Assembly: GCF_004010195.1 (NCBI RefSeq)
Contig: NC_057715.1
Span: forward strand, 21,344,034 to 21,408,033
Reading direction: 5' to 3'
Source: Chiloscyllium plagiosum
Taxonomy: Eukaryota
Length of the DNA stretch: 64,000 nt
In this document: positions 63,678 to 64,000 of the stretch, in pieces
How the letters are laid out: each line of letters opens with the position of its first letter
Position numbering within the stretch: the first letter of the stretch is position 1
The notes under the pieces: generated by a model
The model's database searches: none
Told to the model about the DNA's origin: nothing
The model's input: the letters and a program-made list of their open reading frames with translations, nothing else
Position numbers and translations under genes: made by a program

Positions 63678-64000
63678 GACATTATTATTTTGCCTCCTGC
63701 ATCTATTCAAATTACCACAAATCATTGTTTTTTTTCAGTCTTTGCCTACCAAGTCCTGAAAATTCATGAAGCATGCCATCAAGTAATAGTCAGTCATTGC
63801 ATTCACAACAAAAATAAGGTATTATAGTCATTGCTTTCAAACTTGGAAGCATTTAATGAAGGAATGGCAAGTGCGTCAGAATACCAATTTCAATTATGTG
63901 TGTATTTGCTAGAACAAAGTCATGATGCAACTGTCAATCAAGAAACAATTTAAATTTGATGTGTATTTCACATTAATTGACCAGAGCTGAACAATAAATG

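Larger units (their letters stand above)
15955..64000 (-). other. PCDH9: Last intron of PCDH9 (extends beyond window)
   Basis: No upstream PCDH9 exon (CM1 DSGLGD region) was found in the ORF track or by reading. Delta-protocadherins are known to have very large introns. A small exon could be hidden in the gap. Confidence 0.75.

Noticed and set aside
1-64000. CRISPR array, operon or other prokaryotic system
   Set aside because: No regularly spaced repeats or dense coding. The sequence is a vertebrate intron/intergenic region.

Overview
This is vertebrate genomic DNA, almost certainly from an elasmobranch (shark), judging by HE1/V-SINEs, HER1/CR1 LINEs and Deu-domain SINEs. The only host gene I can support is PCDH9 (protocadherin-9) on the minus strand. 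Its terminal coding exon lies at 15578-15954, its 3' UTR runs toward lower coordinates, and the last intron fills the rest of the window (>48 kb, no upstream exon found). The remainder is repeats (Rex/Babar, CR1, L2, RTE and Tx1 LINE fragments, SINEs, a solo LTR, many Penelope-like element termini), several enhancer-like unique stretches and a 500-N assembly gap. The most striking pattern is a recurring ~140-225 bp Penelope-derived unit. It carries minimal hammerhead-ribozyme motifs and usually forms a near-perfect 83-88 bp palindrome with a 34-39 nt unpaired tail and 13-17 bp target-site duplications. Its inversion/truncation point falls at the ribozyme core in every complete copy. Repeat boundaries are read by eye and approximate unless TSD coordinates are given. 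Family names come from recalled consensus features, not database searches.
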